DNA of 64,000 nt from Patescibacteria group bacterium (GTDB taxonomy: Bacteria; Patescibacteriota; Patescibacteriia; Magasanikbacterales; GWA2-37-8), in assembly GCA_028705565.1 (NCBI GenBank), contig JAQWDH010000004.1, positions 11,728 to 75,727 on the forward strand. The letters are read 5' to 3'. This document shows positions 28,516 to 36,994 of the stretch, in pieces. A program made the position numbers and the translations under genes. The notes below the pieces were generated by a model. That model did no database searches. It was not told where the DNA came from and worked only from the letters and a program-made list of their open reading frames with translations. Every line of letters starts with the position of its first letter. The first letter of the stretch is position 1.

Positions 28516-29211
28516 TTAAATAAAGTCAAGCTGTTTTTTTATATATTCTATCGCTTCCAGCTGCTCTGTCAAGCTATTTTCCACCTCCACCGCGGCTATC
28601 TTTGGAATTAAATCAACATATTTTTTTAAATAATCAAATTCTGACAACTTTTCAACTCGATGTGAATCGTAATGTTCATATTCTTTGCCGTTTTCCATAT
28701 TAACATAAGAAACATTTTTTACAGGGCCAAGATGCGCGCAACCGCGAGGATATTTTTTAAGCGTAAGCAAGCTATGTTCATACAAATCGGAACCGCGAAG
28801 CCGTTCGTTTTCCAAATGTGAAAAGTCAACGCAAACTCCGGCATAATTTATAAGCTCTTCATCTATCCACGGAGATGATGAAGAATTTTCCAAATAAATC
28901 ATCCTTTTATAATTTGAATAATTATAAACGAATGAAAAATCTTTTTCAGAATGAATGTTAAAAATTTCGGCTTTAAGTTCGTTTATCAAAAAATCAATTT
29001 CCGCCGGTTCCATATCTGAACGCAAATGGACAAATGGCGTCCGCAGTTTCGCCTCTTTCAACAAAAAACACGCCTCTTCCCTTTCTTCCTTGCCAAGACC
29101 GGTAGAGAAAAAAGCTATTTCTTTTAAATCAAACTTCATCGCGTCTCTGATTGTTTTTCTCCAATCCGCCCCATGGGTTGTTGTGACAGTCGGCAAAATT
29201 TTTGTTTTCAT
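28516..29211 (-). CDS. Hypothetical protein, possible metal-binding TIM barrel
   Basis: VHL, YLEN, CVDFSH, AVEVEN spacing recalls the AP-endonuclease-2/xylose-isomerase fold. Confidence 0.6.
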   Translation of the reverse strand: MKTKILPTVTTTHGADWRKTIRDAMKFDLKEIAFFSTGLGKEEREEACFLLKEAKLRTPFVHLRSDMEPAEIDFLINELKAEIFNIHSEKDFSFVYNYSNYKRMIYLENSSSSPWIDEELINYAGVCVDFSHLENERLRGSDLYEHSLLTLKKYPRGCAHLGPVKNVSYVNMENGKEYEHYDSHRVEKLSEFDYLKKYVDLIPKIAAVEVENSLTEQLEAIEYIKKQLDFI

Positions 29212-29382
29212 AAAATTTTTGGGTATTATTATTTGTCATTCCGAACGAAGAAAAAAATCTCTGTCCAACGCTCTTTTATTATACCACAAAAAAACGCGAA
29301 AAAAACCAAATATGAATTTTTTTATGGATTTTTTGTTTTGAATATGTTAAGGTTTGAATGATAAACAAATAAATTATTCATT

Positions 29383-30183
29383 ATGAATCAAGTTAAAATC
29401 GCTTGGTATGGCATCCATCAAGGCGAGGAACCGCCGCTTATTCCTGCCGGCGGCATATTTTTTAGCGGATGCGATATGCATTGCGTGTTTTGTCAAAATT
29501 ACCAAATATCCCAACATGGGTTAGGTAATTTTTATTCAAACGAAGAATTGGCCGACATAATGATAAAACTGCAAAATGACGGCGCGGCGAATATTGATTT
29601 AGTAACGCCGACAACTTGGCATAAACAAATAAAACAAGCAATTTTATCGGCAAAAGAAAAAGGATTAAAAATACCGATTGTCTGGAACGGCAATGGTTAC
29701 GAAGATTTGGAAATAATAAAAAGCATGGCCGATTTGGTGGATATTTATTTACCTGACTTTAAATACGGAAAAAACGAATTGGCTTTAAAATACTCCGGCG
29801 CGAAAAATTATTTTGAAACGGCAACGAAAGTCATTAAAGAAATGTTGCGGCAAGTTGGATATTTAAAAATCGTGAACGGCAAAGCCGCGCGCGGATTAAT
29901 CGTGAGGCATCTTGTATTGCCGAACTGTTTGGAAAACAGTTTTGAAGCGCTAAAACGGTTAGCTGAAATAGATATTGATATCCATATAAGTTTAATGAAT
30001 CAATATCTGCCAACGCGCCAAGTAAATAATTTTCCTGAATTAAAAGAAAAAGTAAGCCAAAAAGATTTTCAAAAAATTTATGATTATTTGCTGGGCATCG
30101 GTTTTCACAACGGCTGGACGCAAGGAGAAAACAGCCAAGAAAATTTAACGCCAGATTTTACAAAATCAGAACCGTTCGGTTGA
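29383..30183 (+). CDS. Radical SAM protein, PflX family
   Basis: HQGEEPP, CDMHCVFCQNYQIS, DIYLPDFKY, VRHLVLP. Confidence 0.9.
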   Translation: MNQVKIAWYGIHQGEEPPLIPAGGIFFSGCDMHCVFCQNYQISQHGLGNFYSNEELADIMIKLQNDGAANIDLVTPTTWHKQIKQAILSAKEKGLKIPIVWNGNGYEDLEIIKSMADLVDIYLPDFKYGKNELALKYSGAKNYFETATKVIKEMLRQVGYLKIVNGKAARGLIVRHLVLPNCLENSFEALKRLAEIDIDIHISLMNQYLPTRQVNNFPELKEKVSQKDFQKIYDYLLGIGFHNGWTQGENSQENLTPDFTKSEPFG

Positions 30184-30203
30184 AAAATATAGATATGAAT
30201 ATT

Positions 30204-31430
30204 TTACCATTTACGGCGAACGCGAAACTGATGACGATTTGCCCCGTTAAAGTCGCGCGCGCCTTCATAATTGGAAAAACGCGCCGGAACCGGTCTGCGC
30301 GGCGGTAAAACCGGCAACGATATAACTGTGAGTTGTTTGCGAATCAATTTTTCAATTTGTTTTACTTCTCCCCTCTGATTCGGAGCGACAAAAGATACGG
30401 CCTTTCCGGATTTTCCAGCCCTGCCTGTTCGGCCGATTCTATGCACATAATCTTCCGGATTATCCGGCAAATCATAATTTATAACAAGAGAGATATCATT
30501 AACATCAATGCCGCGCGAAGCGATATCTGTCGCAACCAAAACGCGGTATTTTCCTGACTTAAATCCTTCCAGCGCTTTTTGTCTTTGTGAAAGCGAACGA
30601 TTGGAATGAATTTCCGCGACAGAGTGTCCCATGGCAGTTATACTTCTTGTATATTTTTTTACTCCGTGTTTGGTGCGAGAGAAAATCAACACAGTGCCGG
30701 CATTATCCGCCAAATGCTTTTCCAAAAGTTGCATTTTACATTCATTGCCAACTATAAAAACTTCATGAGTTATATTCGCGGCTGAAGTTCCTGACGGGGC
30801 CGCTTCTATTCTCACGGGATTTTTCATGTATTGATTGGCAATTCTAATAATTTCCGTAGGCATGGTGGCGGAAAACAATAGGGTCTGGCGATTAGCTGAT
30901 ACGGAGCTTAAAATTTGTTTTATTTGCGGAGCAAAACCAATGTCCAACATTCTATCCGCTTCGTCCAAAACAATAATTTTTACATTCTGAAGCGAATAAT
31001 TCTTTTGTCTAAGATGGTCCATTAAACGGCCTGGGGTCGCTATAACTATATGCGGGTTGCGGTGCAAACTTCTGATTTGTCCGTCAATGCGCGCCCCGCC
31101 GATAATTACGGCTGTGCGCAGACCTAACTTTCCACCCAACTTTTGCATTACCTTGTCCACTTGCTCGGCAAGTTCGCGAGTTGGCAACACTATTAATCCT
31201 TGGCCTTTTAAGGATGACAAGCGTTGAATTATCGGTACGCCAAAAGCCAGGGTTTTTCCTGTGCCTGTCTGCGCTATGCCAACGACATCCTTGCCTTCCA
31301 AAACCGCAGGGATGCATCTGCTTTGGATTGGTGTTGGTGATGTAAATTTTTGCTCCGCCAAAATGGCAAGCAAATTTTGAGAAATGCCAAGATTGTTAAA
31401 ATCCGGCATCGCCTGATTTGTTTGTGTCAT
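30204..31430 (-). CDS. DEAD-box RNA helicase (RhlE-like)
   Basis: AQTGTGKT, PTRELA, DEAD, SAT, HRIGRTGR. Confidence 0.95.
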   Translation of the reverse strand: MTQTNQAMPDFNNLGISQNLLAILAEQKFTSPTPIQSRCIPAVLEGKDVVGIAQTGTGKTLAFGVPIIQRLSSLKGQGLIVLPTRELAEQVDKVMQKLGGKLGLRTAVIIGGARIDGQIRSLHRNPHIVIATPGRLMDHLRQKNYSLQNVKIIVLDEADRMLDIGFAPQIKQILSSVSANRQTLLFSATMPTEIIRIANQYMKNPVRIEAAPSGTSAANITHEVFIVGNECKMQLLEKHLADNAGTVLIFSRTKHGVKKYTRSITAMGHSVAEIHSNRSLSQRQKALEGFKSGKYRVLVATDIASRGIDVNDISLVINYDLPDNPEDYVHRIGRTGRAGKSGKAVSFVAPNQRGEVKQIEKLIRKQLTVISLPVLPPRRPVPARFSNYEGARDFNGANRHQFRVRRKW

Positions 31431-31529
31431 ATAAATTTATGCGGCCCGATTCCTGCTTTGCCACATTATGACACAAGATAGGTTCGAGTCGTCATCGCTT
31501 ATTTAGCGACGACATGATTAAGACACGCA

Positions 31530-31558
31530 ATATTAACACAAAAGCCGATTTTTGTCAA
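31530..31558 (-). promoter_or_regulatory. sigma70 promoter of the DEAD-box helicase
   Basis: TTGACA-N17-TAATAT, implying a structured leader of about 90 nt. Confidence 0.7.
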
Positions 31559-31606
31559 GGCTTGACGCTTTAATTTGGTATAATTGATTTAAAAAAATAT
31601 ATATAG

Positions 31607-31636
31607 TTGACAAGTTTTGTCGCGATAAATTATAAT
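31607..31636 (+). promoter_or_regulatory. sigma70 promoter of the small membrane protein pair
   Basis: TTGACA-N18-TATAAT. Confidence 0.7.
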
Positions 31637-31677
31637 TGATATGGGTGGAGTTTTTAATTAAAATTAAATAAAAAAAT

Positions 31678-32016
31678 ATGGCTTGTTTTTTAGCTCCGGC
31701 AACCGTAGCGATAATAACAACTGGGATGAGGAAAAAGATTCCCCAAAAATATCACATGGAGTGGCTAAATACCATGCTTTGGGGCGGTGTTGTTATGTTA
31801 GCGGTTGAACATTTTACTCACGGTGAGATTACGTTATATCCGCCATTTTTAACGGCAATGCAAAACCCGGCCGATATCCCGACAATGTTGCATGAATTGG
31901 CGACAATGGGCGGAGCAATGACAATTGCGATTTTTGCAGTTTGGACAATAATGGTTTTAACTGTAAACATTGTTGAAAAAATACGCGAAAAGAAAAATTT
32001 AACCTTAATAAAATAA
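31678..32016 (+). CDS. Small three-TM membrane protein
   Basis: MACFLAP start; MLWGGVVMLAVEH; paralogous to the next gene. Confidence 0.8.
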   Translation: MACFLAPATVAIITTGMRKKIPQKYHMEWLNTMLWGGVVMLAVEHFTHGEITLYPPFLTAMQNPADIPTMLHELATMGGAMTIAIFAVWTIMVLTVNIVEKIREKKNLTLIK

Positions 32017-32020
32017 ACTT

Positions 32021-32305
32021 GTGTGGTTAATTACGACACTCATTTTTGCGCTTATAGCGACTTTATTGCGATATCTTTTGAATAAGAAATACAAATTAGG
32101 ATTCTTGAGTTTAATGCTTTGGGGCGCGACGGTTATGATATTGACTGATCATCTACTTGGATATAAGGGTGGTAAATTTCTGGAATTTGAAACTGATGGT
32201 CTGATAAGAAACGGGACATTATTGGGTGTATTGATGTTTATTCCTGTTTTCATAATATGGCTTATCTCGCTTTTTACTCCAAATCTTAAAAATCAACTTA
32301 AATAA
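32021..32305 (+). CDS. Small three-TM membrane protein
   Basis: GTG start; MLWGATVMILTDH. Confidence 0.8.
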   Translation: MWLITTLIFALIATLLRYLLNKKYKLGFLSLMLWGATVMILTDHLLGYKGGKFLEFETDGLIRNGTLLGVLMFIPVFIIWLISLFTPNLKNQLK

Positions 32306-32311
32306 TAAATT

Positions 32312-32342
32312 AAAAAAAGGATATGATAGACATATCCTTTTT
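32312..32342. terminator. Bidirectional terminator shared by cooS and the membrane pair
   Basis: AAAAAGGATATG-ATAGA-CATATCCTTTTT. Confidence 0.8.
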
Positions 32343-32345
32343 GCT

Positions 32346-34256
32346 TTATATTCCCAGTTTTTTTCTTTTATTTATTATCGTTTCCGCAATCCTGCTGGCG
32401 GCTTTTACAGGATCGCCCTCAATAATAAATTTTCCGCCAAATAGACGCTGAAATTTTTTGGTTAATAATTTTACAACCTCTGTGCTGCCAAAGATCGGCG
32501 GTGTGATCCCGAGATGGGTTGTTATACCTAACGACAACACGCCCATCCCTATTGCGATAGCTTTTTCCGCTACCCACTCTGCGGCTGAAGCCGCTATAGG
32601 CAATTCCTTTATCGGAACGCCCATTTTTTCGGCAATAGCCGATATAAGGACAACCGCTCTTCCATTATCTGTACAGCTTCCGAGGTGCCATACAGGTGGC
32701 AGGGGCTTACCAAGTCCGGCTTTTTCTCCAAGCAACAATAATATATTTTTTAGTTTGTCGCCAGCAAAAGATGAAGCGCCGGAACTAAGCAGTCCGGCTC
32801 TCCCGCATGCCTGCGCGGCGCAACCGGTAGCTATTACTAATATATTTTTTTTCAAAAGTTTTTTAGCTATTGTCACGTGGTTTATGTCTGCGATAACTTT
32901 TGGACTTGTACAGCCAGCCAGAAGCACTATCCCATAAATATCCCCTTTTTTTATAGCGGATATCAACGGCTCCAGGGGGTCTCCTGAATTAATTTTTGAA
33001 AATATTTCAAGACATGTCTCTACCGAGAACCCGGCAATTACTTCCTCAGGTTGTTTTTCCGAAATATGAAAAATTTCATTGTTTCTTTTTTTAAAATTCT
33101 TAATCGCAATTTCCATTATTTTTTTTACTGATTCATCAGTATGTTCTTCATTAAACTGAATGTGAACGGCGCCGCGTATTTTTGCAAACTCACTAGATGT
33201 GACAATTTTCGTATGGAAACACCTTGAGACGTTTATGATATTCGGAAAAATACACTGGACATCAACTACAAACGCCTCAACTAGACCGGTGGCAATAATT
33301 AGCTCCTGTTGCAAATTACTACCAGCCAAATGTATTCCGTGTCTCATCAAAATCTCATTTCCGGTGCAACAGCACCCAACAATATTTATACCTGATGCCC
33401 CCGACTTTTTAGCTTTTTCTATATATCCAGCGTCTTTTGATAATTCAACTATTTTTTCCACAAGCAATGGGTCGTGTCCATGCACAACTATGTTTACTTT
33501 GCTAACATCAAGAACGCTGAAACCTATTTCCGAGCAAATAAGCGCCGGAATTCCCAGCAACACATCCTGAAGCTCGGAACAAATTATCATAGAAACTATA
33601 TCGGCCACGCCCATTCTTATGGCGTACGCCATAAATGCTACATAGTCAGCCATAACTCCCATGGAAAACATGTGTTTTCCATTTAGTATTTCTTTTCCTA
33701 CAGAACCGGGGATAACTCCAACTTTTAGAATCTTTCCCGCGTTCAAAAGACCTGTCAAAACACTGCAAGGTAAATAAGATAAAAAACTCATTGATACTTT
33801 ATTGCCTGTTATGTCGGAAATAGCTTGCGAGGCAACCTGTTCAGCGATACTCTCAATACTTTGCGACGTGTCAATATTTAATTTAGTAGCAATGAATTTC
33901 AGTTTTTCTACATCCTTTATTTTAAAGGCGGCGGTTTCAGATTTGGCTACCTTTAAAAGTACCGATGCCACATGCAATGCGTGCGATGCGTGACATGCTG
34001 TGCCTCTCAACACCGTCTCAAACCAATTCCTTGCCACGATGGTATCAACATTTGCTCCGCATGCCCCGTTCTCTCTGCATGGACCAAGACCGCAGCGATT
34101 GCAACAAGTACCGAGTTGCCCCACTCTGCACCCCTTAGCCAGATTTGAAAAAACTGTGCTTATACCTTTCTTTTCTGTGTATTCAATCATTTCCTCCGTA
34201 GCTTTATCTAATGCTCTTAATCCCATTACCTTTTTTGGTTGTTTATCAGTTGACAT
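32346..34256 (-). CDS. cooS: Anaerobic Ni,Fe carbon monoxide dehydrogenase catalytic subunit
   Basis: D/B-cluster C-X7-CCxxCxxGPC..CGA, HASH, C-cluster ligands HGH, CCTGNE, VDVQC, AGC, ATGC, GSCTDN, and catalytic Lys in EKA. Confidence 0.95.
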   Translation of the reverse strand: MSTDKQPKKVMGLRALDKATEEMIEYTEKKGISTVFSNLAKGCRVGQLGTCCNRCGLGPCRENGACGANVDTIVARNWFETVLRGTACHASHALHVASVLLKVAKSETAAFKIKDVEKLKFIATKLNIDTSQSIESIAEQVASQAISDITGNKVSMSFLSYLPCSVLTGLLNAGKILKVGVIPGSVGKEILNGKHMFSMGVMADYVAFMAYAIRMGVADIVSMIICSELQDVLLGIPALICSEIGFSVLDVSKVNIVVHGHDPLLVEKIVELSKDAGYIEKAKKSGASGINIVGCCCTGNEILMRHGIHLAGSNLQQELIIATGLVEAFVVDVQCIFPNIINVSRCFHTKIVTSSEFAKIRGAVHIQFNEEHTDESVKKIMEIAIKNFKKRNNEIFHISEKQPEEVIAGFSVETCLEIFSKINSGDPLEPLISAIKKGDIYGIVLLAGCTSPKVIADINHVTIAKKLLKKNILVIATGCAAQACGRAGLLSSGASSFAGDKLKNILLLLGEKAGLGKPLPPVWHLGSCTDNGRAVVLISAIAEKMGVPIKELPIAASAAEWVAEKAIAIGMGVLSLGITTHLGITPPIFGSTEVVKLLTKKFQRLFGGKFIIEGDPVKAASRIAETIINKRKKLGI

Positions 34257-34320
34257 CTCGTTCCTCCTTGCGGATTATTTCCGCGTTTAATTTTCTAATT
34301 TTCAAAGATCCGCTATATAG

Positions 34321-34349
34321 ACAATAATACAAAAAAACAGAGCCGTCAA
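34321..34349 (-). promoter_or_regulatory. Putative sigma70 promoter of cooS
   Basis: TTGACG-N17-TATTGT, then boxA-like GATCTTTGAAAA (34299-34310), hairpin GCGGA-AATAA-TCCGC and AAGGAGG. Confidence 0.6.
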
Positions 34350-34394
34350 TGTCGCGCGCTGTATATATATTATATACATAACGCGCGACATTGA
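34346..34394. repeat. Long imperfect inverted repeat overlapping the cooS -35
   Basis: TCAATGTCGCGCG-C-TGTATATA-TAT-TATATACA-TAA-CGCGCGACATTGA. Confidence 0.85.
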
Positions 34395-34448
34395 ATCCAA
34401 CCTCTCGCTTATACAGATAAATCCTAAAAACAGACGGCATGCCGTAAA

Positions 34449-34480
34449 TATAAAAGAGCAAAATCATTTGCTCTTTTATA
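34449..34480. terminator. Hairpin/terminator downstream of the DUF218-like gene
   Basis: TATAAAAGAGCAAA-ATCA-TTTGCTCTTTTATA, a 14-bp perfect stem. Confidence 0.65.
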
Positions 34481-34574
34481 CCAATAGTTATCTGGGTCTT
34501 CCCGCTTTCCTACCATTTTCCCATCTAAATAAAATTTAAATTTATTTTTTTGTTATATAAATAAATTTGGTACA

Positions 34575-35282
34575 TTATTTTTCTCTAATCGCGGCTGGGG
34601 CATCTTTGGATATATCGCCCTTGTTCGCATATGAAATAATTTTTTTTACTTCTCCATATACAACCTTAAAAACATCATACGGAATTTTTCCATGAGGAAC
34701 TGGGATAATGTCAAAATTTATATCCGGGTTTAAATTTTTATAACCAGTTCTTACTGCCCTGGGTACATGATAATCACTTGTGACAAAAGTTATGTGCTCG
34801 TGTTTTTTATCAGCAAAGTAATTATTGATTGTCTCAAATTGAGTTTTTGTATTACTTATGCCGCCCGCTCCGCAATCCACTAACTTCAGCTTTTCTATTG
34901 GGAAACCCATTTTTTCTACAATCTGTTTCATTATTGGAAGTTGTTCAATGGTTCCGCTAAGTATAAGCGATGGCGCATGCTGTAAAATATCTTCATTTCC
35001 AATTTCGTCTACGCCTTTATTCGCTTTCTTGGCAACTATTTGCGAAATAATTTCTATTCCCATTTCTATTCGCGCTTTATTTTCGGCATTTTCAGAACGT
35101 GAATAATCAATACTTTCCCCATCTTTAATAAATTTTTTGCCTGACAAAACAACTACTCCTTCTGTTTTTACGGGTATTTCATATTTAATTGAAGTGAGGG
35201 CGTCTCTAAACTCTTTTTGTATAAGTTGGTGGCAAAATTCTTTCCTATCGTTTGTTGTTCCAAATTTTTCAAAAGTCTCCAT
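34575..35282 (-). CDS. DUF218 (YdcF/ElyC/SanA-like) protein
   Basis: VVVLSG, LILSG, NT, FVTSDYHVPRA motif. Confidence 0.75.
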   Translation of the reverse strand: METFEKFGTTNDRKEFCHQLIQKEFRDALTSIKYEIPVKTEGVVVLSGKKFIKDGESIDYSRSENAENKARIEMGIEIISQIVAKKANKGVDEIGNEDILQHAPSLILSGTIEQLPIMKQIVEKMGFPIEKLKLVDCGAGGISNTKTQFETINNYFADKKHEHITFVTSDYHVPRAVRTGYKNLNPDINFDIIPVPHGKIPYDVFKVVYGEVKKIISYANKGDISKDAPAAIREK

Positions 35283-35286
35283 AATT

Positions 35287-35484
35287 TTATCCTATTAACT
35301 TATCAATACTCACCTCAAGGGCTTTCGCGATTTTCTTGAGAGTATTAAGCGTTGGATTCTGGTTTTTACCAGCTTCAATTTTAATAATCGTATTATTGGC
35401 GACATCAGCCAATCTCGCTAATTTTTCTTGGGAAAAACCCTTTGCTTCTCTAAGTTTTCTAAGTGTTTTTGTAATATTTGACAT
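35287..35484 (-). CDS. XRE-family HTH transcriptional regulator
   Basis: LRKLREAKGFSQEKLA..IIKIEAG..NPTLNTLKKIAKALEV; upstream inverted repeat TTAAAGTA-N21-TACTTTAA at 35506-35542. Confidence 0.92.
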   Translation of the reverse strand: MSNITKTLRKLREAKGFSQEKLARLADVANNTIIKIEAGKNQNPTLNTLKKIAKALEVSIDKLIG

Positions 35485-35682
35485 ATAAATATTGCAGTAG
35501 CAGAATTAAAGTATCAGTAATATTAACTCTCAACTACTTTAACGCTACACCAAAAAATTAAAATTGTAAACAAACTACACACTTGCGTCGCTCAATCTCT
35601 CTTGACAGGATACTCGGGTTCAATACTAGAGTGGTGAGGAGTTTGGTAACTAAAAACTCTTTGGCGGTAAATTCCGAAAATG

Positions 35683-35714
35683 AAAAGGGCCCGTCACGCG
35701 ATGGCGACGGGCCT
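35683..35714 (-). terminator. Intrinsic terminator of the exonuclease gene
   Basis: GGCCCGTCGC..GTGACGGGCC-CTTTT on the minus strand. Confidence 0.7.
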
Positions 35715-35732
35715 TCCTACCTTCCTACGGGT

Positions 35733-36317
35733 TTAATTATTCAAACTAGCGCCTAGCGCTCTCAATCCGACGACGATCCCCCTTGCGTCGCTGAGAGCAT
35801 TGTGGTGGGGTCCGGCAGATTCTATACCAAACGCTTTCGGTGCGGCCCCACTCTGTTTGATTTTAACACCATGTTGGAAGAAAACCTTATTAATATTGTG
35901 GAACCGTCCCATTTTAAATGGGAACTTGATTCCGTAAAGTTTGCAATTTTCCATTAGCACGTCCCGGTCAAACAGCCGGGAGTCGTCAATTTTATCAAAG
36001 CAGTAAAGTTCAGTCTCCGAACAAAACTCAAAAAAATTTCTTAAAAAAATTTCGAACTTTACTCCTTTTTCATCAACCTCTTTTTGTTTAATATTAGTAA
36101 GGTTGATGAAATACTGGGAAAGGACTGTGTTGATTTTGGGTCTCACCAAGAATTCAACACTGTCTAATTCAATAAACTTTTCCGTTTCCACTAAAACGGC
36201 ACCGAGCTGAATAACTTCTCGGTGCTCCCCCGGAAGAGACCAATTCCTTGCTGCCGCGCCTTCCCAAGTGGTGCACTCCAAGTCAAAAATTACAATTTTT
36301 TTTGGTAACCCAAACAT
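35733..36317 (-). CDS. DEDDh 3'-5' exonuclease (ERI-1/KapD-like)
   Basis: IFDLECT, EVIQLGAV, VRP..LS....LTNI, HNALSDA. Confidence 0.88.
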   Translation of the reverse strand: MFGLPKKIVIFDLECTTWEGAAARNWSLPGEHREVIQLGAVLVETEKFIELDSVEFLVRPKINTVLSQYFINLTNIKQKEVDEKGVKFEIFLRNFFEFCSETELYCFDKIDDSRLFDRDVLMENCKLYGIKFPFKMGRFHNINKVFFQHGVKIKQSGAAPKAFGIESAGPHHNALSDARGIVVGLRALGASLNN

Positions 36318-36465
36318 TCTACACCTCCTTCTTCGTATGATGTATTTAGGGTAAAGTTAATCCGATTTAATGCGACCGGATCTTCTATTGTCAACCTCCT
36401 TAATATTCATTTGTTAAAGACCTCCGTTAAGGACCTCCTTTTAATTTAAAATCCATGAACCTATG

Positions 36466-36494
36466 ATGATATCACGGATTAAATAAAAAGTCAA
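36466..36494 (-). promoter_or_regulatory. sigma70 promoter
   Basis: TTGACT-N17-TATCAT with the -35 at the base of the CAAGCGC..GCGCTTG hairpin; boxA-like GGTCTTTAACAA at 36411-36422. Confidence 0.7.
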
Positions 36495-36520
36495 GCGCAC
36501 TACGCGCTTGCTTTAACTAT

Positions 36521-36988
36521 TTAGGTGTTTATAACTTGCTTAATCGCGGTCTCAAGTCCGCTTGGGTCATCTGTCCCGATGCGGTAAATTTTTCCATTTT
36601 TCATAATTATTTCAACGGCATCAAAACCAGAAACATTGTAAATCCAAATCTTGGGACATAGGCAAAATCTTATTCCCCAACCATAATACCAATGATTCTT
36701 TACTTGCTTTACTGAAGCTATATCGCTGAGCAAAAATTTTTTTCTGAAAATTCCATAACCAAATTTAATCTTAAGATATTTTTCATCAATGGATACTGTT
36801 AGCGTTACAAACGATGCAAGAATAAACAGAACTAATGCCATTGTGGAAGTAACAGCAAAATTTGTGCCAGAGTTGACCGATGGGGGTTCTGCCCGAGCTG
36901 TAATGTAAGCCCATGCGAAAAATACCAATACAACCAGCGTGACAACTATCATCAGGTAACTAATTTGAGTGTGTTTGTATAAAATCAT
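36521..36988 (-). CDS. Hypothetical membrane protein (two TMs plus PH-like domain)
   Basis: YGWGIR..WIYNVSG..RIGTDDP pattern. Confidence 0.75.
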   Translation of the reverse strand: MILYKHTQISYLMIVVTLVVLVFFAWAYITARAEPPSVNSGTNFAVTSTMALVLFILASFVTLTVSIDEKYLKIKFGYGIFRKKFLLSDIASVKQVKNHWYYGWGIRFCLCPKIWIYNVSGFDAVEIIMKNGKIYRIGTDDPSGLETAIKQVINT

Positions 36989-36994
36989 AAATTA

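Noticed and set aside
31577-31605. NikR-like operator upstream of the membrane pair
   Set aside because: The match is imperfect and lies in extremely AT-rich sequence; not distinguishable from chance by eye.
32346-34256. Hybrid cluster protein (Hcp) instead of CODH
   Set aside because: The D-cluster Cys pair and the VDVQC, GSCxD and EKA motifs are CODH-type.
34246-34467. 73-aa ORF, or a NiCo riboswitch, upstream of cooS
   Set aside because: The ORF crosses the promoter and palindromes. The large hairpin lies upstream of the predicted TSS, and I could not see the NiCo four-way-junction consensus.
35608-35642. Possible attR remnant of tRNA-Ser (TGGTGAGGA vs TGGCGGAGGA)
   Set aside because: Too short and gapped to support.
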